Shown piece after piece: positions 23,870-36,342 of a stretch of DNA of 64,000 bases (position 1 is its first letter; every line of letters begins with the position of its first letter). Made by a program: the position numbers and the translations under genes. Origin of the DNA: Okamejei kenojei. Taxonomy: Eukaryota. Where the stretch lies: assembly GCA_035221665.1 (NCBI GenBank), contig CM069150.1:37138001-37202000 (forward strand), in the 5' to 3' direction. The notes beneath the pieces are model-generated. The model saw only the letters and a program-made list of their open reading frames with translations, was not told the origin of the DNA and did not search any database.

Positions 23870-24837
23870 CAGACCACTACAGGAACTGGGATTGTCGGAC
23901 CAAACTTGACAGTTATTGGCGCATCATGGCGAGATAGCACACAGAAACAATATATGACATATATTAAGAAATGGGAAGAATTTTGCACACAGTCAAAATA
24001 TTTCTGATGATTCTGTGAATGTTACTCATGTTTTGGAATTCCTTGCCAATTTGCGCTTTGGCCAACATTTAAGTTACAGTGCCATTAACACTGCACGCAG
24101 TGCCTTGTCGTCCTATTTAGGACTTATGACTGGTGAGAAATCAATTGGGTCGCATCCATTAATATCACGATTCATGAAAGGAATTTTTCACATGAATCCG
24201 CCAAAACCTAGATATACAGAGATTTGGGATGTGAGCATAGTACTTGCTCTACTTAGAGAATGGACGCCAATTGAAGGGTTGTCATTGGATAGGTTAACAT
24301 TGAAATTGGTCATGTTAATGTCACTGGTCTCAGCCCAAAGAGTGCAAACTTTACAAATGTTGCGTTTAGACTGTATGCATGTGACTACAGATAACGTTGT
24401 ATTCTATGTTTACGATCTGATCAAACAAAGTAGACCAGGGAGATCTGGAACAAAGGTAACCTTTCAAGCTTTTCATATTGAGCTTGCTTTGTGTGTGGTT
24501 AGACATTTGAACCAATGTATTAAAGTGACGGACACTTTTCGAGGAAACGAAAAGACATTGCTGCTTACGCACAAAAAGCCACACACAAAAGCTTCAGTTC
24601 AAACTATCTCAAAATGGTTGAAACAGGTGTTGGTTTTAGCGGGAGTAGACACTGATGTCTTCAAATCTCACTCCACCAGGGCGGCAGCTACGTCCGCGGC
24701 GAAGGGGCGGGACGTACCTCTCGAGCATATTTTTAAAAATCGCAGGGTGGAGTAAAGAAGAAACTTTTTCAAAGTTCTACAACAAACCTGTTCACACTAT
24801 GACAAGCTTTGGACACGCGGTGTTGGGAGCACTATAA
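23870..24837 (+). pseudogene. DIRS tyrosine recombinase with a frameshift near 24735
   Basis: LSYSAINTARSALS, AQRVQTL, HSTRAAATS; AGWSKEETFSKFY continues in another frame. Confidence 0.88.
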
Positions 24838-25075
24838 TCACCTGCTTTGTTTGCTATTAATTGCTATAATCAGTTGTGTAGTCACTGATATCTTTTGTCA
24901 CTTGTAATCATTTTTCCCTCAAATATAAGGAGGGTATTATATGGTCTTTCAGCCATTAAAAAACTTAATTGTGAAAAGATCTAACATTTGTCTGCTTTCT
25001 CATGTATGTGTTTACTTAGCCGGACTGTCGTACGGATTAATTCTACGACATAAAAAACACAGAAAGCTTTAAAAC

Positions 25076-25188
25076 TCTTCACGTAGTCACTCACGTGACT
25101 CCGAAGTAAAATAGTAAGATTAAACGAGAACTCACCTGTTCGAAGTTTGATCGTTATTTTACGAGGAGTTACGATGAGGGATTACGTG
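25076..25188. repeat. DIRS internal complementary region (ICR)
   Basis: 25076-25113 is the exact reverse complement of 20505-20542; 25106-25188 is the exact reverse complement of 25337-25419. Confidence 0.95.
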
Positions 25189-26084
25189 CCCTCCACTCCC
25201 ACCCTCGTAAAATAAATGATCAAATGGTGGTTCTAAGTCTTTTTATGAGCCTTACTATGTTACTCCGGCTTTGGTGTTCTGTGTTTTTCATGCCGTTGCT
25301 TTGAAGTATGCCGTTACCAGCGTGAGGCGGGCTCTTCACGTAATCCCTCATCGTAACTCCTCGTAAAATAACGATCAAACTTCGAACAGGTGAGTTCTCG
25401 TTTAATCTTACTATTTTACCTGATTATCAGATGGTGGCGCTAAGTGTCCGTGCTATAAATTTGGCTTTGGTTGGGGTCATTTGCCCTGGGCTGAACTGGC
25501 AGTGTGCCTGCCTGAATTCTTCCTGGTTTCACCTCCCTGCGCACCAGCTGTTTTGAGTCCTGGACTGTTGCCCCACCAACCCAGTAATGGTTAATGTTGA
25601 AGAAGCCATGTTATTCAGATCTTTCATTGCTTGTAGAATTTTGTTGAAATGGCGAGCGTACTGTTATTCAGTATGTGCACGTGTTGTAATAATTTCATCT
25701 GGATAATTGGCGTGTGTTTAATGCACCTCCTAAAGTAATCAAATTTAAATTCTTGTGCATGCTGATGCTTGAGTTAAAACATTGACATTTAGCATACATG
25801 CACAACTTAAAAGAAAAGCTCAGTACTGTTATAATAGAAAAAGACAGATTTGGCAGGAAACTGTAAACATATCCACTATTGGTTACATAGCACATATTTT
25901 CATTTGGAGTCTTTGGCAAAGATTTTAGAAAAATGTTGACTTGATTTGAATTTGATTTTATTCAAATGTTGATAAAAAATACTTCAATATAAATAAAAGT
26001 TGGAGCCATTTTTAAACAGAGGATTATGTTCCCATAATAATTACTAACTAAAATATAGTGAATTTTGTGATACTTTAATGTTAG

Positions 26085-26392
26085 CTTAGAGTTTAGTTTA
26101 GAGGTGTAGCACGGAAACAGGCCCTTTGGCCCACCACGTTTGCGCCGACCAGTGATCCCCATACACTACCACTATCCTACACACTAGGGAGAATTTATAA
26201 CCTTTACCAAAGCTAATTAATCTAGAAACCTGTACGTCTTTGGAGTGTGGGAGGAAGCTGGAACACCCAGGGAAAGCCCACGTGGTCACGGTAGTATGTA
26301 CAAACTCCATACAGATAGCACCCGTAATCAGGATTGAACCTGGGTTTCTGGTGTTATAAGGCAGCAACTCTACCACTGCACCACTGTGCAGC
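26085..26392 (-). mobile_element. HE1-type V-SINE
   Basis: (GTTTA)n tail, reverse V-domain, head CTCTACCACTGCACCACTGTGCAGCC. Confidence 0.85.
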
Positions 26393-26414
26393 CCTATTGA
26401 TTTCATACCATAAC

Positions 26415-29236
26415 TGTAGACTGGTTACTCCACAGATAGACAAATGAGCTCCAGCGGATGGTGTCCCTGGGTGTCATTGCTACAATCACTGACCCATCTG
26501 AGTGGGTTTCCACCATGGTAGTAGCAACAAAGAAAAACAAGGATGAAATCCGAATCTGCATCAACCCCAGGGACCTAAACACAGCGATCAGACGCCCCCA
26601 CTACCTGATGCATACAGTAGAGAACGTTGCTGCTCAGATAGGCAATGCATTTGTGTTCTCTGTTCTGGATGCTAAAAGTTCATTTTGGCAGATCCCGCTG
26701 GACCCTTACTCGTCCAATCTCACCACGTTCGGCACCCCCTCTGGCCACTATAAATTTTGTGTCACAGAAGTCAACTATGCTGGTCATGTCTTCACCAGCG
26801 ATGGCCTCAGACCGACCCCTCCAAGACCACTGCCATCAACGAGATGCCAGCTCCCACTGATGGTATGAGTTTACTGAGATTTCTGAGAATGGTCAACTAC
26901 TTGGGGAAGTTCATTCCCAACCTCAGCGATATATCTGCCCCGCTGCGGGAACTGACTCACAAGGACACTACCTGATCCTGGTACCCACAACACCAGAGAG
27001 CTTTTGAAATCCTTAAGTTGCAACTGGCCAGTACTCAACTATCACCTACTTTGCTTTGAAGTTGCCGGTGACGCTCACATGTGATGCATCGCAATACGGA
27101 CTTGGCGCTGCTTGCCTACAGACCTCCACCGAAGGTGACTGCAGACCTGCTGCTTACGCTTCCCGCACCCTGTCTGAGACTGAACAATGTTGTGCCCAGA
27201 TCGAAAAGGAATTGCTTGCTGTGGTTTTTGCCTGCACGAAATTCAAAGGCTTTATTTTCGGCAAGTCCGTGATTGTTGAAACAGATCACCAGCCGCTGGT
27301 CACCATTCTGAACAAACACATTCACGCTGCTCCGGCTCGCCTGCAACGTACGATGATGCGGCTACAGTGTTTCAATTTTACTCTAGTCTACAAAAAGGGA
27401 AAGGACATGCACCTAGTTGACACGCTATCAAGAGCCCCACGCAAAACCTGAGAACAACAGCCCTCAGAACAAGACCAGTTCACGGAAATGATGGTGTCTA
27501 CTGAATGCCTAAGCAGCCTGGCAGAGCACATGGCTGCAGATGAAACTCTACAATTACTGTCCTCAGTCATCCGGTGTGGCTGGCCGGATAAACAACATTG
27601 TGCCCCACTTGTGATTCGCCCATACTACCTGGTTCGCGACAAACTGGCGCAACATGACGGGGTCATAATCAAAGGTCACAAAGCAGTCATCCCAGCTGTT
27701 ATTCAGGACAACTACTTTGATGATGTCCACATGGGCCACCCCGGTGTGGAAGCAACCTTACAATGAACAAAGAGCATGTTTTACTGGCCCGGGATGAGCG
27801 AGTATATACGCGAATAAGTTGAAGCCTGCGCTGTCTGCTACAGCTTAACGCCACTTCAGCAGAAACAACCGTTGCTCGAGCACCCGATTCCTCCTCTGCC
27901 ATGGTCCACGGTCACTACCGACATATTTGAGTGGCATGGAAAACACTATCTGGTTCTCGTTGACTCGTATTCGGGCTGGTTCGAAATTGACCCATTCCAA
28001 AACATCACATCCGACACAGTCATCCAAAAGCCGTCACGCCACTTCTCCGTGCATGGCGCCCCTGCACGTCTCCTATCTGACAACAGCAGTCAGTTCACTA
28101 GTCAGTGTTTCAAAATCTTTGCTCAATGGTGGGATTTTCGCCGTGTCACCAGCAGTCCCGAATTTCCACAGTCCAACGCAGAACGGGCGGTTTGTAGCGC
28201 CAAGCAATTAACGGAGCGCTCACACCTTGCGAAATCTGATGTATTCTCGGACTTGCTTAACTTAAGGAATGTCGCCCGTGACCTGATACTGGGGTCTCCA
28301 GCCCAACGCCTGATGTCTTGGCAGGCCCGTGTTGCCCTGCCCGTGCCCCAGCAGCTGCTGCAGCCACTGGTCCGTTCACCTCGTGTTGTCCAAAAACAAC
28401 TCCAACTGAAACGCGATGTACAGAAGTGATCTTTCATCGTCCAGCAAACCACTCAAACCACTCTCTAGTGGGCAAGTTGTTCGCCTTCACACCGACAAGG
28501 GCTATTGCCGTTTGGGTCACATGCCAAGGTGCCGCGCTCACACCTGGTGAATGCCGATGGAAGCATCTACAGACGCAACCGTCAACATCTCCTTCCTGTG
28601 AAGGAACCACGTCCTGCGGTCTCGTACCTAGAAGCCACGCGTCTTATGTACCCTTCTACCGTCGAACTGTCTCTTCCCTCACGCTAAGCTGCTGCAGATC
28701 AGCCACTGGCCATGCCCCCCACGCCCTCACCACAACGTTCAGCGGCCCGCTCGCCGGCTTGGCCGTGTTCACCCTAAGGGTCTCCGCACTGTCCCCGCAA
28801 GCATCCCCGGTTGCTTCCCCGGCGAAGGGAGGAGACGCGGATCTATACCACATGCGCGCGCGGGAGACGGGCTTGTAGGCCACCCCTAAGGTATGGGGAT
28901 TTTGTTTAAACCATCTATACGTCCCTGTATGCGTCATTAGCGCTTCGGGTACTGTATTACCCAGCCATCACGTATTAATGTGTTTATTCTTATAGGCCAC
29001 CTGCATGTAGATGTGCTTCACTTATTTCTATAATGTAAGATGTAGATTGGTTACTCCACACCAACCAATTGTAGTGCTTTATTATTAGAAGCTCCGCCTA
29101 CAACAGGGTTCATATTATCGTAACCCAGCTTGTGCTCAGTTAGTCTCATTGCCGCTACACATGCTGTAGTGTACTGTAAGTGTTTTTTAATAAAGTCTGT
29201 TGTACCATGTTTGTGAGAATGACTGGGTCATTTACA
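26415..29236 (+). mobile_element. Internally deleted Gypsy LTR retrotransposon
   Basis: RT (IRICINPRDLN, VLDAKSSFWQI), RNase H (CDASQYGLGA, AQIEKELLAV, TDHQPL), integrase (YLVLVDSYSGW, SSPEFPQSN); 3' LTR 29034-29236; 20-bp 5' LTR stub; TSD ATAAC (26410-26414 and 29237-29241). Confidence 0.9.
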
Positions 29237-29552
29237 ATAACCTCACTAAAATGAGGAATGACGAGTGATTTAATAGAGTGAGACAGTGTAACATAGAGAT
29301 TTAACAGGCCAAAATAAATTATGTGACCAATTTATGTCGTAATAATGTTACATCAATGAGTCTTTTATGAAATTTTCCTTTGTTTTGTTTCAATTCATGT
29401 TACCCAACATGCCCTGCAACCAGATCTTGGCATGTCTACATTCAATTTGTAAAACTGTATTACGTGCCACTGACTGATTTCAGCTGTGTTGGTGCCAACT
29501 AGATTGTTACTTTCTTGGGGCCTATGATTACCCATTTTCAATTCGAAGTATT

Positions 29553-29768
29553 CATAGAAACCTAGAAACATAGAAAATAGGTAGGTGCAGGAGTAGGCCA
29601 TTTGACCCTTTGAGCCAGCACCGCCATTCAATATGATCATGGCTGATCATCCAAAATCAGTTCCACGTTCCTGCTTTGTCCCCATATCCCTTGATTCCGT
29701 TAGCTCTAAGAGCTAAATCTAACTCTCTCTTGAAAACATCCAGTGAATTGGTCTCCACAGCCTTCTGA
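29553..29768 (-). mobile_element. CR1 3' tail
   Basis: CATAGAAA repeats, GGAGTAGGCCATT..CCGCCATTCAATATGATCATGGCTGATC. Confidence 0.8.
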
Positions 29769-30635
29769 AGCCAATGTTTAGAACTAACTTCAGCAGAATC
29801 AAGGAAGATTGCATGCTAGAAATCCTTCCATGTAGTTTCAATCTTTTTGTGTACAAATTGTACAGACACAGTAAACACACATAGAGTGTGCCAAGTTGCA
29901 CCCAACATCTATGTTCACATGGAGTAATTGCACACAGGATGTATAACATATGCACTGTAGTTAAATGTTAATCCTGATCTGATGTTCATTTTCATTTCCC
30001 AGCTTAAATATGCTTGCCGTTTTTCTAATTTAGAAACAGTTGGATGGAAAAATCAACATTAATCAATCAATATTACACGTTGCCCTTCAAACAATGCACA
30101 TCGTTGATCACTTTGCCTTCAGATGCGTTAATGTTGCTAAACAGCAAATGTACAAATGATAGGCATTTTGCTAATGTTTCACCGAGTGCACGTGCCGTAT
30201 AAGAAGTTCCATTTTAAAAAAGGTGAAGTAAGTTATTGATTTCTCGCGTTAGAAACTTAAGGAAATATCCTTAACAACATAGTTGAGCCATTAAAGGTAG
30301 ACAAAAATGCTGGAGAAACTCAGCAGGTGTTTCCTGTTTCCCCACTGTATGTCGTAAGTCTAATATCTAGATGTAGGAGTATCAGGATGCAATTGAGGTC
30401 ACGTGAGAGAAAAGAGGTCGCTGGGGAAATGGGCTTGTTCTGGGAGCTGGGCTAAATGGCTTTCTCCTATGTCATAAGCAATATGAAGAAGAGGAGAGGC
30501 AGCATGGGACAGGGCATTGTCAGAGGCCCAGTGGGGGAAGCACAGGTGTGGAACATGCTAAATAAAAACAAAACTTTTGTGCTTTCTAGAACCAATGGCA
30601 CTCCCCCTAAGGCCAGGCACGAAATAACGTTGGAG

Positions 30636-30912
30636 ATAGTCATAGAGTCACACAGTGTGGAAACAGGCGCTTTGGCCAAACTTACCTAGACCAGACAGCA
30701 TGTCCCAGCCACACTAATCCCACCTGCCTGCGTTTGGCCCATATCCCTCTAAACTTGTCCTATCCATGTACCTGTCTAATTGTTTCTTAAACAATGCGAT
30801 AGTCCTTGCCTCAACTACCTCCTCTGGCAGCTCGTTCCATACACCCACCACCCTTTGTGTGAAAAAGTTACCCCACAGATTCCTATTAAATTTTTTCTCC
30901 TTCACCTTAAAC
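30636..30912 (-). mobile_element. CR1/HER1 3' fragment
   Basis: ORF 30714-31076 ends NFFTQRVVGVWNELPEEVVEA..LDRYMDRTSLEGYGPNAGRWD. Confidence 0.8.
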
Positions 30913-31236
30913 CAATGATGGAAGAGACTACAGATGCTGGAAGCTGGAACAAAAAACAAACTGCATAAGCAGGCCTGAGGCAGAAAGGTTGACCATCCCA
31001 ATACCTCCACTGAGATGCTGTCTGACCAGCCAAATTCCACCAGCATTTTGTATTTTTGAATGAAATAACGTTGCAAGTGGTAGCAGCCAGATCACACTAG
31101 TTATATCAATGCCTCCTGACCCAAGTCACCACATAATAGCATGTGGTCTCACCAGAGCCCTGTACAACTGTATAAGTGTGTACAACTAATAAGTGTGATC
31201 TCACCAGGCAGCCCTGTACAACTGTAACAATTTTCA

Positions 31237-31550
31237 GAAACAAGGAACTGCTGATGCTGGTTTACACAAAAATATACAAAGTGCTGGAGTAACTCAGCAG
31301 GTCAAGCAGCATCTCTGGAGAACATGGGTCGGTGTTGTTTTGGGTCGGGACCCTTCTTCAGACTCCTCTTGACTTGACCTCTATTCCCCTCACACTCCAA
31401 TCGCACCCCCAATGAACACGCAGCTTTCATTTAATTAGCAACTATCCCAACAAAGTCTGAAGAAAGGTCCCGACCGGAAACATCACCTATCCATGTTCTC
31501 CAGAGATGCTGCTTGACTCACTGAATCACTCCAGCACTTTGTGTCTTTTT
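31237..31550. mobile_element. Penelope-derived fold-back mini-element with two inverted hammerhead motifs
   Basis: AAAGTGCTGGAGTAACTCAG..CCCTTCTTCAGAC, spacer, GTCTGAAGAAAGGTCCCGACCGGAAACATCACC..CTCCAGCACTTT. Confidence 0.8.
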
Positions 31551-31869
31551 GTTCCAACAGTCTGCACTGGCTGGGAAACGAATGATGACAAAGAAGGGAC
31601 AGGCGATAATGCTGGAAATACAGGAATCTGAAATACAACAAATTCACTCGGAACCATCCAGTTTGAGCTTTGTCATGTGACTCATTTGCCTAGGATTAGA
31701 TCTTTGTTGCTATTTCACATATCCTTCACCTGCATCTTCTAAACACTAGGTACAAATTCTAAATCAAGTTTATTAATCACAGAATGCTGCCTTCCATGGA
31801 AACATCATCAAATTATCTTTGTGCATTCCCTTTGAGCTTTCTGTCCTCCTCATGTTCCCATGCATTGCA

Positions 31870-32160
31870 CAGCACCAAATTCAGGGACAGTTTCTTCCCA
31901 GCAGTTATCAGGCAACTGAATCATCCTACCACTACCTGAGAGCAGTGCTGGACTACTATCTACGTCTTTGGTGGCCCTTGGACTATCCTTGATCGGACTT
32001 TGCTGGCTTTACTTTGCACTAAACTTTATTCCCTTATCATGTATCTATACACTGTAAATGGCTCGATTGTAATCATGTATTGTTTTTCTGCTGACTGGTT
32101 AGCACGCAACAAAAGCTTTTCAATGTAGCTCGGCACACGTGACAATAAACTAAACTAAAT
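31870..32160 (+). mobile_element. LINE 3' tail (Rex1-like); related copies at ~5533-5660 (-), ~35100-35225 and ~48510-48662
   Basis: TTCAGGGACAGTTTCTTCCCAGCAGTTATCAGG (F.DSFFPAVIR), then CTGACTGGTTAGCACGCAACAAAAGCTTTTCA..ACGTGACAATAAACTAAAC. Confidence 0.7.
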
Positions 32161-32477
32161 TCAATTAAAAAATGAGATGCAAAATTAGATTTCGGCAGGG
32201 AGTTCCGAATATGAATGGCCCACTCAAACTTTAGCTTTCCTGCTTTTGCCTCTTCATCCTGTTTATTTGTATCCTCTTTCTCTACTGCCCCTTCTTCAGT
32301 CCCCTTGCCTTCATGTTTTTCTCCACTTCCTTCCATTTTATGCCCTTTGTTATTTAACTCATTTTAGTCACTTTAATTCTCCATCTCACTCCCACTCTGA
32401 CTTCTGGGCCCTTTACCTATTAACTATAACAACTAAACCTAAAGCGAGAGACATAAGGAACTGCCATTGCTAGAATC

Positions 32478-33075
32478 CTGAACATCAGCGCCTCTACTTC
32501 CTGATAAGATTACGGAGAGTCGGTATGTCAAGGAGGACTCTCTCGAACTTCTACAGGTGCACAGTAGAGAGCATTGTGACTGGCTGCATCGTGGCTTGGT
32601 ACGGCAACTTAAATGTCCAGGAGCGGAAAGAAATGCAGAAAGTTGTGACCACTACCCAGTCAATAATCGGCTCTGACCTCCCCACCATCGAAGGGATCTA
32701 TCGCAGTCGCTGCCTCAGAAAGCCAGCCAGCATCATCAAAGACCCACACAATCCTGGCCACACACTCACCTCTCCGTTGCCATCGGGAAGAAGGTACAGG
32801 AGCATGAAATCTGGAACATCCAGGTTCAAGAACAGCTTTTTCCCCGCAGCCATCAGGCTAGTATACACGACATCAAACAAGCTCTGAACAACAACAGTCT
32901 ATTGCACTTTATCTGTTTATTTATTGTGTACATATATGGTCTATGGTATATAGACACACTGAACCTTTATCTCCTGTTCTGTATTATGTTTATATATCCT
33001 GTTGTGCTGCAGCAAGCAAGAATTTTATTGTCCTATCTGGGACACATGACAATAAAACTCTCTTGACTTGACTTG
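32478..33075 (+). mobile_element. Rex1/Babar 3' fragment
   Basis: ORF 32525-32887 NFYRCTVESI..PSGRRYRS..KNSFFPAAIRL; tail AATAAAACTCTCTTGACTTGACTTG. Confidence 0.88.
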
Positions 33076-33784
33076 CAAGCAAAACACAAAGCAACACTTT
33101 GTACCTCAGTAGGTCAGTCAGCATCTCTGAAGAACATGGATGGATGACGATCGGGTTGGAACCCTTCTTTAGACTGATTGTTGTGGGGGGGACACAAAGA
33201 TTGGCAAGTGATAGGTGGATACAGGTGAGGGAGGGTTTATGATTGTCAGATGTTTGGACACAGGTCAGAGATGAAAAGGCAAAAGGTGGCCTCCAGTGAA
33301 TTCCATATTTCTCAGCAGCAATGCATCAGCACAGGTCCGGAAACACACAAACAGTTCTGTACAAAACCACCACCAATATCAGGGATATTCAGCCCATTAT
33401 TTAAAATTTCTGGTTCTTTAACAGAAACAATATGTCCTGGGTTTAACTTTCAGAATATGTAAATGCATGGTAATAAATACTGCAGATTTAAAATGATGTC
33501 CTCCTCTTTAGTTATGCTTCCCTTTATATAACAGTGAACCAATACTGCCCTCTACTGAATTTTGTTTATCGGTTCTTTGAAAGAAATAGTGCAATTTTGG
33601 TGCTATCTACAGTATCATACCACATGATGGCACTCTTTCAATTAGCTTATAAACAAATAACTGGCTAATGCTTGGTACCTATGAACGTATGTTGAAATCC
33701 ATGCTGAAACATGGATGCTGCCAGACCCGCTGAGTTACAACAGTACTTTGTTTTTTTTTGTAAACCGGCTAGATAGGGTTCACC

Positions 33785-33941
33785 AGCTAGATAGGGCTCT
33801 TAAAGATAGCGGAGTCAGGGGATATGGGGAGAAGGCAGGATCGGGGTATTGATTGGGGATGATCAGCCATGATCACATTGAATGGCGGTGCTGGTTCGAA
33901 GGGCCGAATGGCCTACTCCTGCAGCTATTGTCTATTGTCTA
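33785..33941 (+). mobile_element. CR1 3' tail
   Basis: GGGATATGGGGAGAAGGCAGG..GGCCGAATGGCCTACTCCTGC followed by CTATTGT repeats. Confidence 0.8.
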
Positions 33942-35229
33942 TAATGTAAACAAAATCTGGTTCATCTACCAAAAATATTTGATTTGCAATCTTGGGAAAG
34001 TAACATTTATTTGTCCTTTGGTTAAGGAGTAGATATTGGTTAGCTCCCTTGCTCCTTACTTAATATTACCATGGGATATTTTTGGATGGCCTGGCAGGGG
34101 AGTTGTAGCTTTGGTTCAGTTTTTCAACTGAAAGATATCACCGAATGTCCAAATGCTATTAAAAATGGGCCAACAAAACCATCAACACCAAACCTGAAGT
34201 GCAAACATGTGCACTGCTAGAAGCGGTCACTGGATAGAAACCCATCTACAAACCTACCTTGAGTGTGAAGGTCAACTAATGGATTTCTATCCTAATCCTA
34301 TTGGGTCAGTGTTCTAGACATAGGTCAGGGAACAGAATTTCACGGCATACAAGCATGTTAATCTGACACCATGACTGTGCTGGATGCTAACGAGTCAAAT
34401 AATTGATCGTATTTCCTTGCACTTTCCCAATGCCTCCTATTTTCCCCTCTCTTCCCTATGCCCCATCCAGGCGTGCACCCATTCCTCCCACTATCCCACT
34501 CCCCCCTTTTCCCTTGTGCCCGTTCTCTTCCTATCACTTGCCAGGCTTTGTCCCAACCCCATCACTTTTCCAGTTTTCTCCTCTCCTAAAACAAATAATC
34601 TGAAGAATGGTCCTGATCCAACGCATCGCCTATCCATGTCCTGAAACATGGATGTTGCCAGACCCGCTGATTAACTCCAACACTTTGTTTTTTTAAAAAA
34701 AAAAAAAAACAGCATTGTACTTCTTTGTTTGTCTCTTCTTCTATAGGATGTTTCTTCCTTCATTTTTAAAATAACCTGCGTATAAAACAATCTAGCAATG
34801 TTCCTTGGGAACTTATCAACACACAGACTAATGGAAAGTGTTTCCTGTTTCACTTTGTCCACTCAGCAATGTTTTGATTCTATGCATTTTAACTGTCTGC
34901 TTGATGAGTGTTGGGAACTTCTAAGCAGAAGGTTCACCAGTTGAATGGCATGATGACCATCATTAGATAAAACGGATTCATCGCTCCTTCCTCTCACTCA
35001 GCAATGATGGACAACCAATAAAAGACAATTGTAAGTTATGGTGATTCAGGGTAGAATTACCTGCAGCTGCACGTGTAGGTTATTCTCTTTATCATGCATC
35101 TGTACATTGTGGGCGGTGTGATTGTAATCATGCATAGTCTTTCCGCTGACTGGATAGCAGGCAACAGAAAAACCTTTCACTGTACCTCGGTATACGTGAC
35201 AGTAAACTAAACAACAGTTTAGTTTCAAC

Positions 35230-36340
35230 AGCCTACAATTTCCCAGATTATTCCCTTTTGCTTTCTAAAATAAAAAAACAACATCAGCTTCTCTCCAGCA
35301 CTCCGTCCTTGCCTGTGGCTAGTGGAGATGCAAGGTCTTTGTCAATGACCCACAATCTCTTGGGTTGCTTCTCTCAATAATCTGGTAGGGTTCCCATCAC
35401 CCCCTGTGGATCTATGCATCTTAATGCTCCTCAAGAGACCCAACACTACTATCTTGTTGAGGTTGGGACTAATCCACGTTGAAGAAACGGTTGGATAGAT
35501 ACATGGATAGGACAAGTTTGGAAGGGTATGGAGGGGCAGTCAGGTGGGACGAGTGTAGCTGGGACATGTTGGCCAAAGTGCCTGTTTCAACACTGTATCA
35601 CTCTATGACAATCTCTTTCATGATCTGAAACTGCCCCATCATATTGGTGTATCGCACACTAACCTCACTATCCTCTTTGTCCTTCTCCTTGGTGAATAAC
35701 AATGCAAAATACTCATTTAGTAACGAATCTTCATCCTCTGACTCCAAACATAAATTCTCTCCTTTATTCTTGAGTGATCCTACCCTCTCCCTGGTTACCT
35801 CTTTGTTTTTAATGCATGCATAAAAAGCCCTGGAATTCTCTTTAATCCGACTTGCCAAATACATGTCATGAACGCTTTGACCTACCTACTTCCTTGTTTG
35901 AGTTTGTTCCAGCTTTCTGTACACTTGACTTAGAGTCTTGACTCTTGACTGTTATATTCTTCAATGCCCCGACCCATATCGTCTTCCTAAAACTTACATA
36001 TGCTCCTTATTACTTTTTGACCAAATGTTACAACTTCTCGTCATCCAAGTTTCCCTTACTTTGCCATCCTCGTTCCTGCTTCTTACGGACATGCCAGTTC
36101 TGAACTCTGATCAACTGGGCTTTAAACAACTCACACATATCATATGTGGATATATCCAGTAACAGATGCTCCCAATTTATTCTACCTAGCTGCGGCCTAA
36201 AGATGTTGTAATTTGCCCTCCCCCAAGTTAGTACTTTCTCCCCAAGATCCAGACTTGTCCTTATTCATAATGGTCTTAGTGGTCACTATTCCTAAAGTGT
36301 TCTCATACTGAAATGTCAGCCATCTGGCCAGGCCTGGCCT
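35230..36340 (-). mobile_element. Old CR1 internal fragment, with a short CR1/HER1 tail at ~35470-35605
   Basis: ORF 35598-35864 LASRIKENSRAFYACIKNK..LLNEYFALLFTKE is the CR1 ORF2 linker. Confidence 0.7.
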
Positions 36341-36342
36341 GC

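Larger units (their letters stand above)
20505..25419 (+). mobile_element. DIRS1-type tyrosine-recombinase retrotransposon with complete termini
   Basis: Inverted terminal segments 20541-20570 and 25308-25337; ICR 25076-25188; decayed gag and RT, RNase H-methyltransferase and recombinase ORFs in DIRS1 order. Confidence 0.95.

Noticed and set aside
23023-24837. Prophage or bacterial contamination (integrase plus Dam-like methylase)
   Set aside because: These domains are standard DIRS1 content and lie between DIRS termini in vertebrate repeat context.
31140-31230. Short tandem repeats of CCCTGTACAACTG
   Set aside because: Local slippage duplication in a decayed CR1 fragment.
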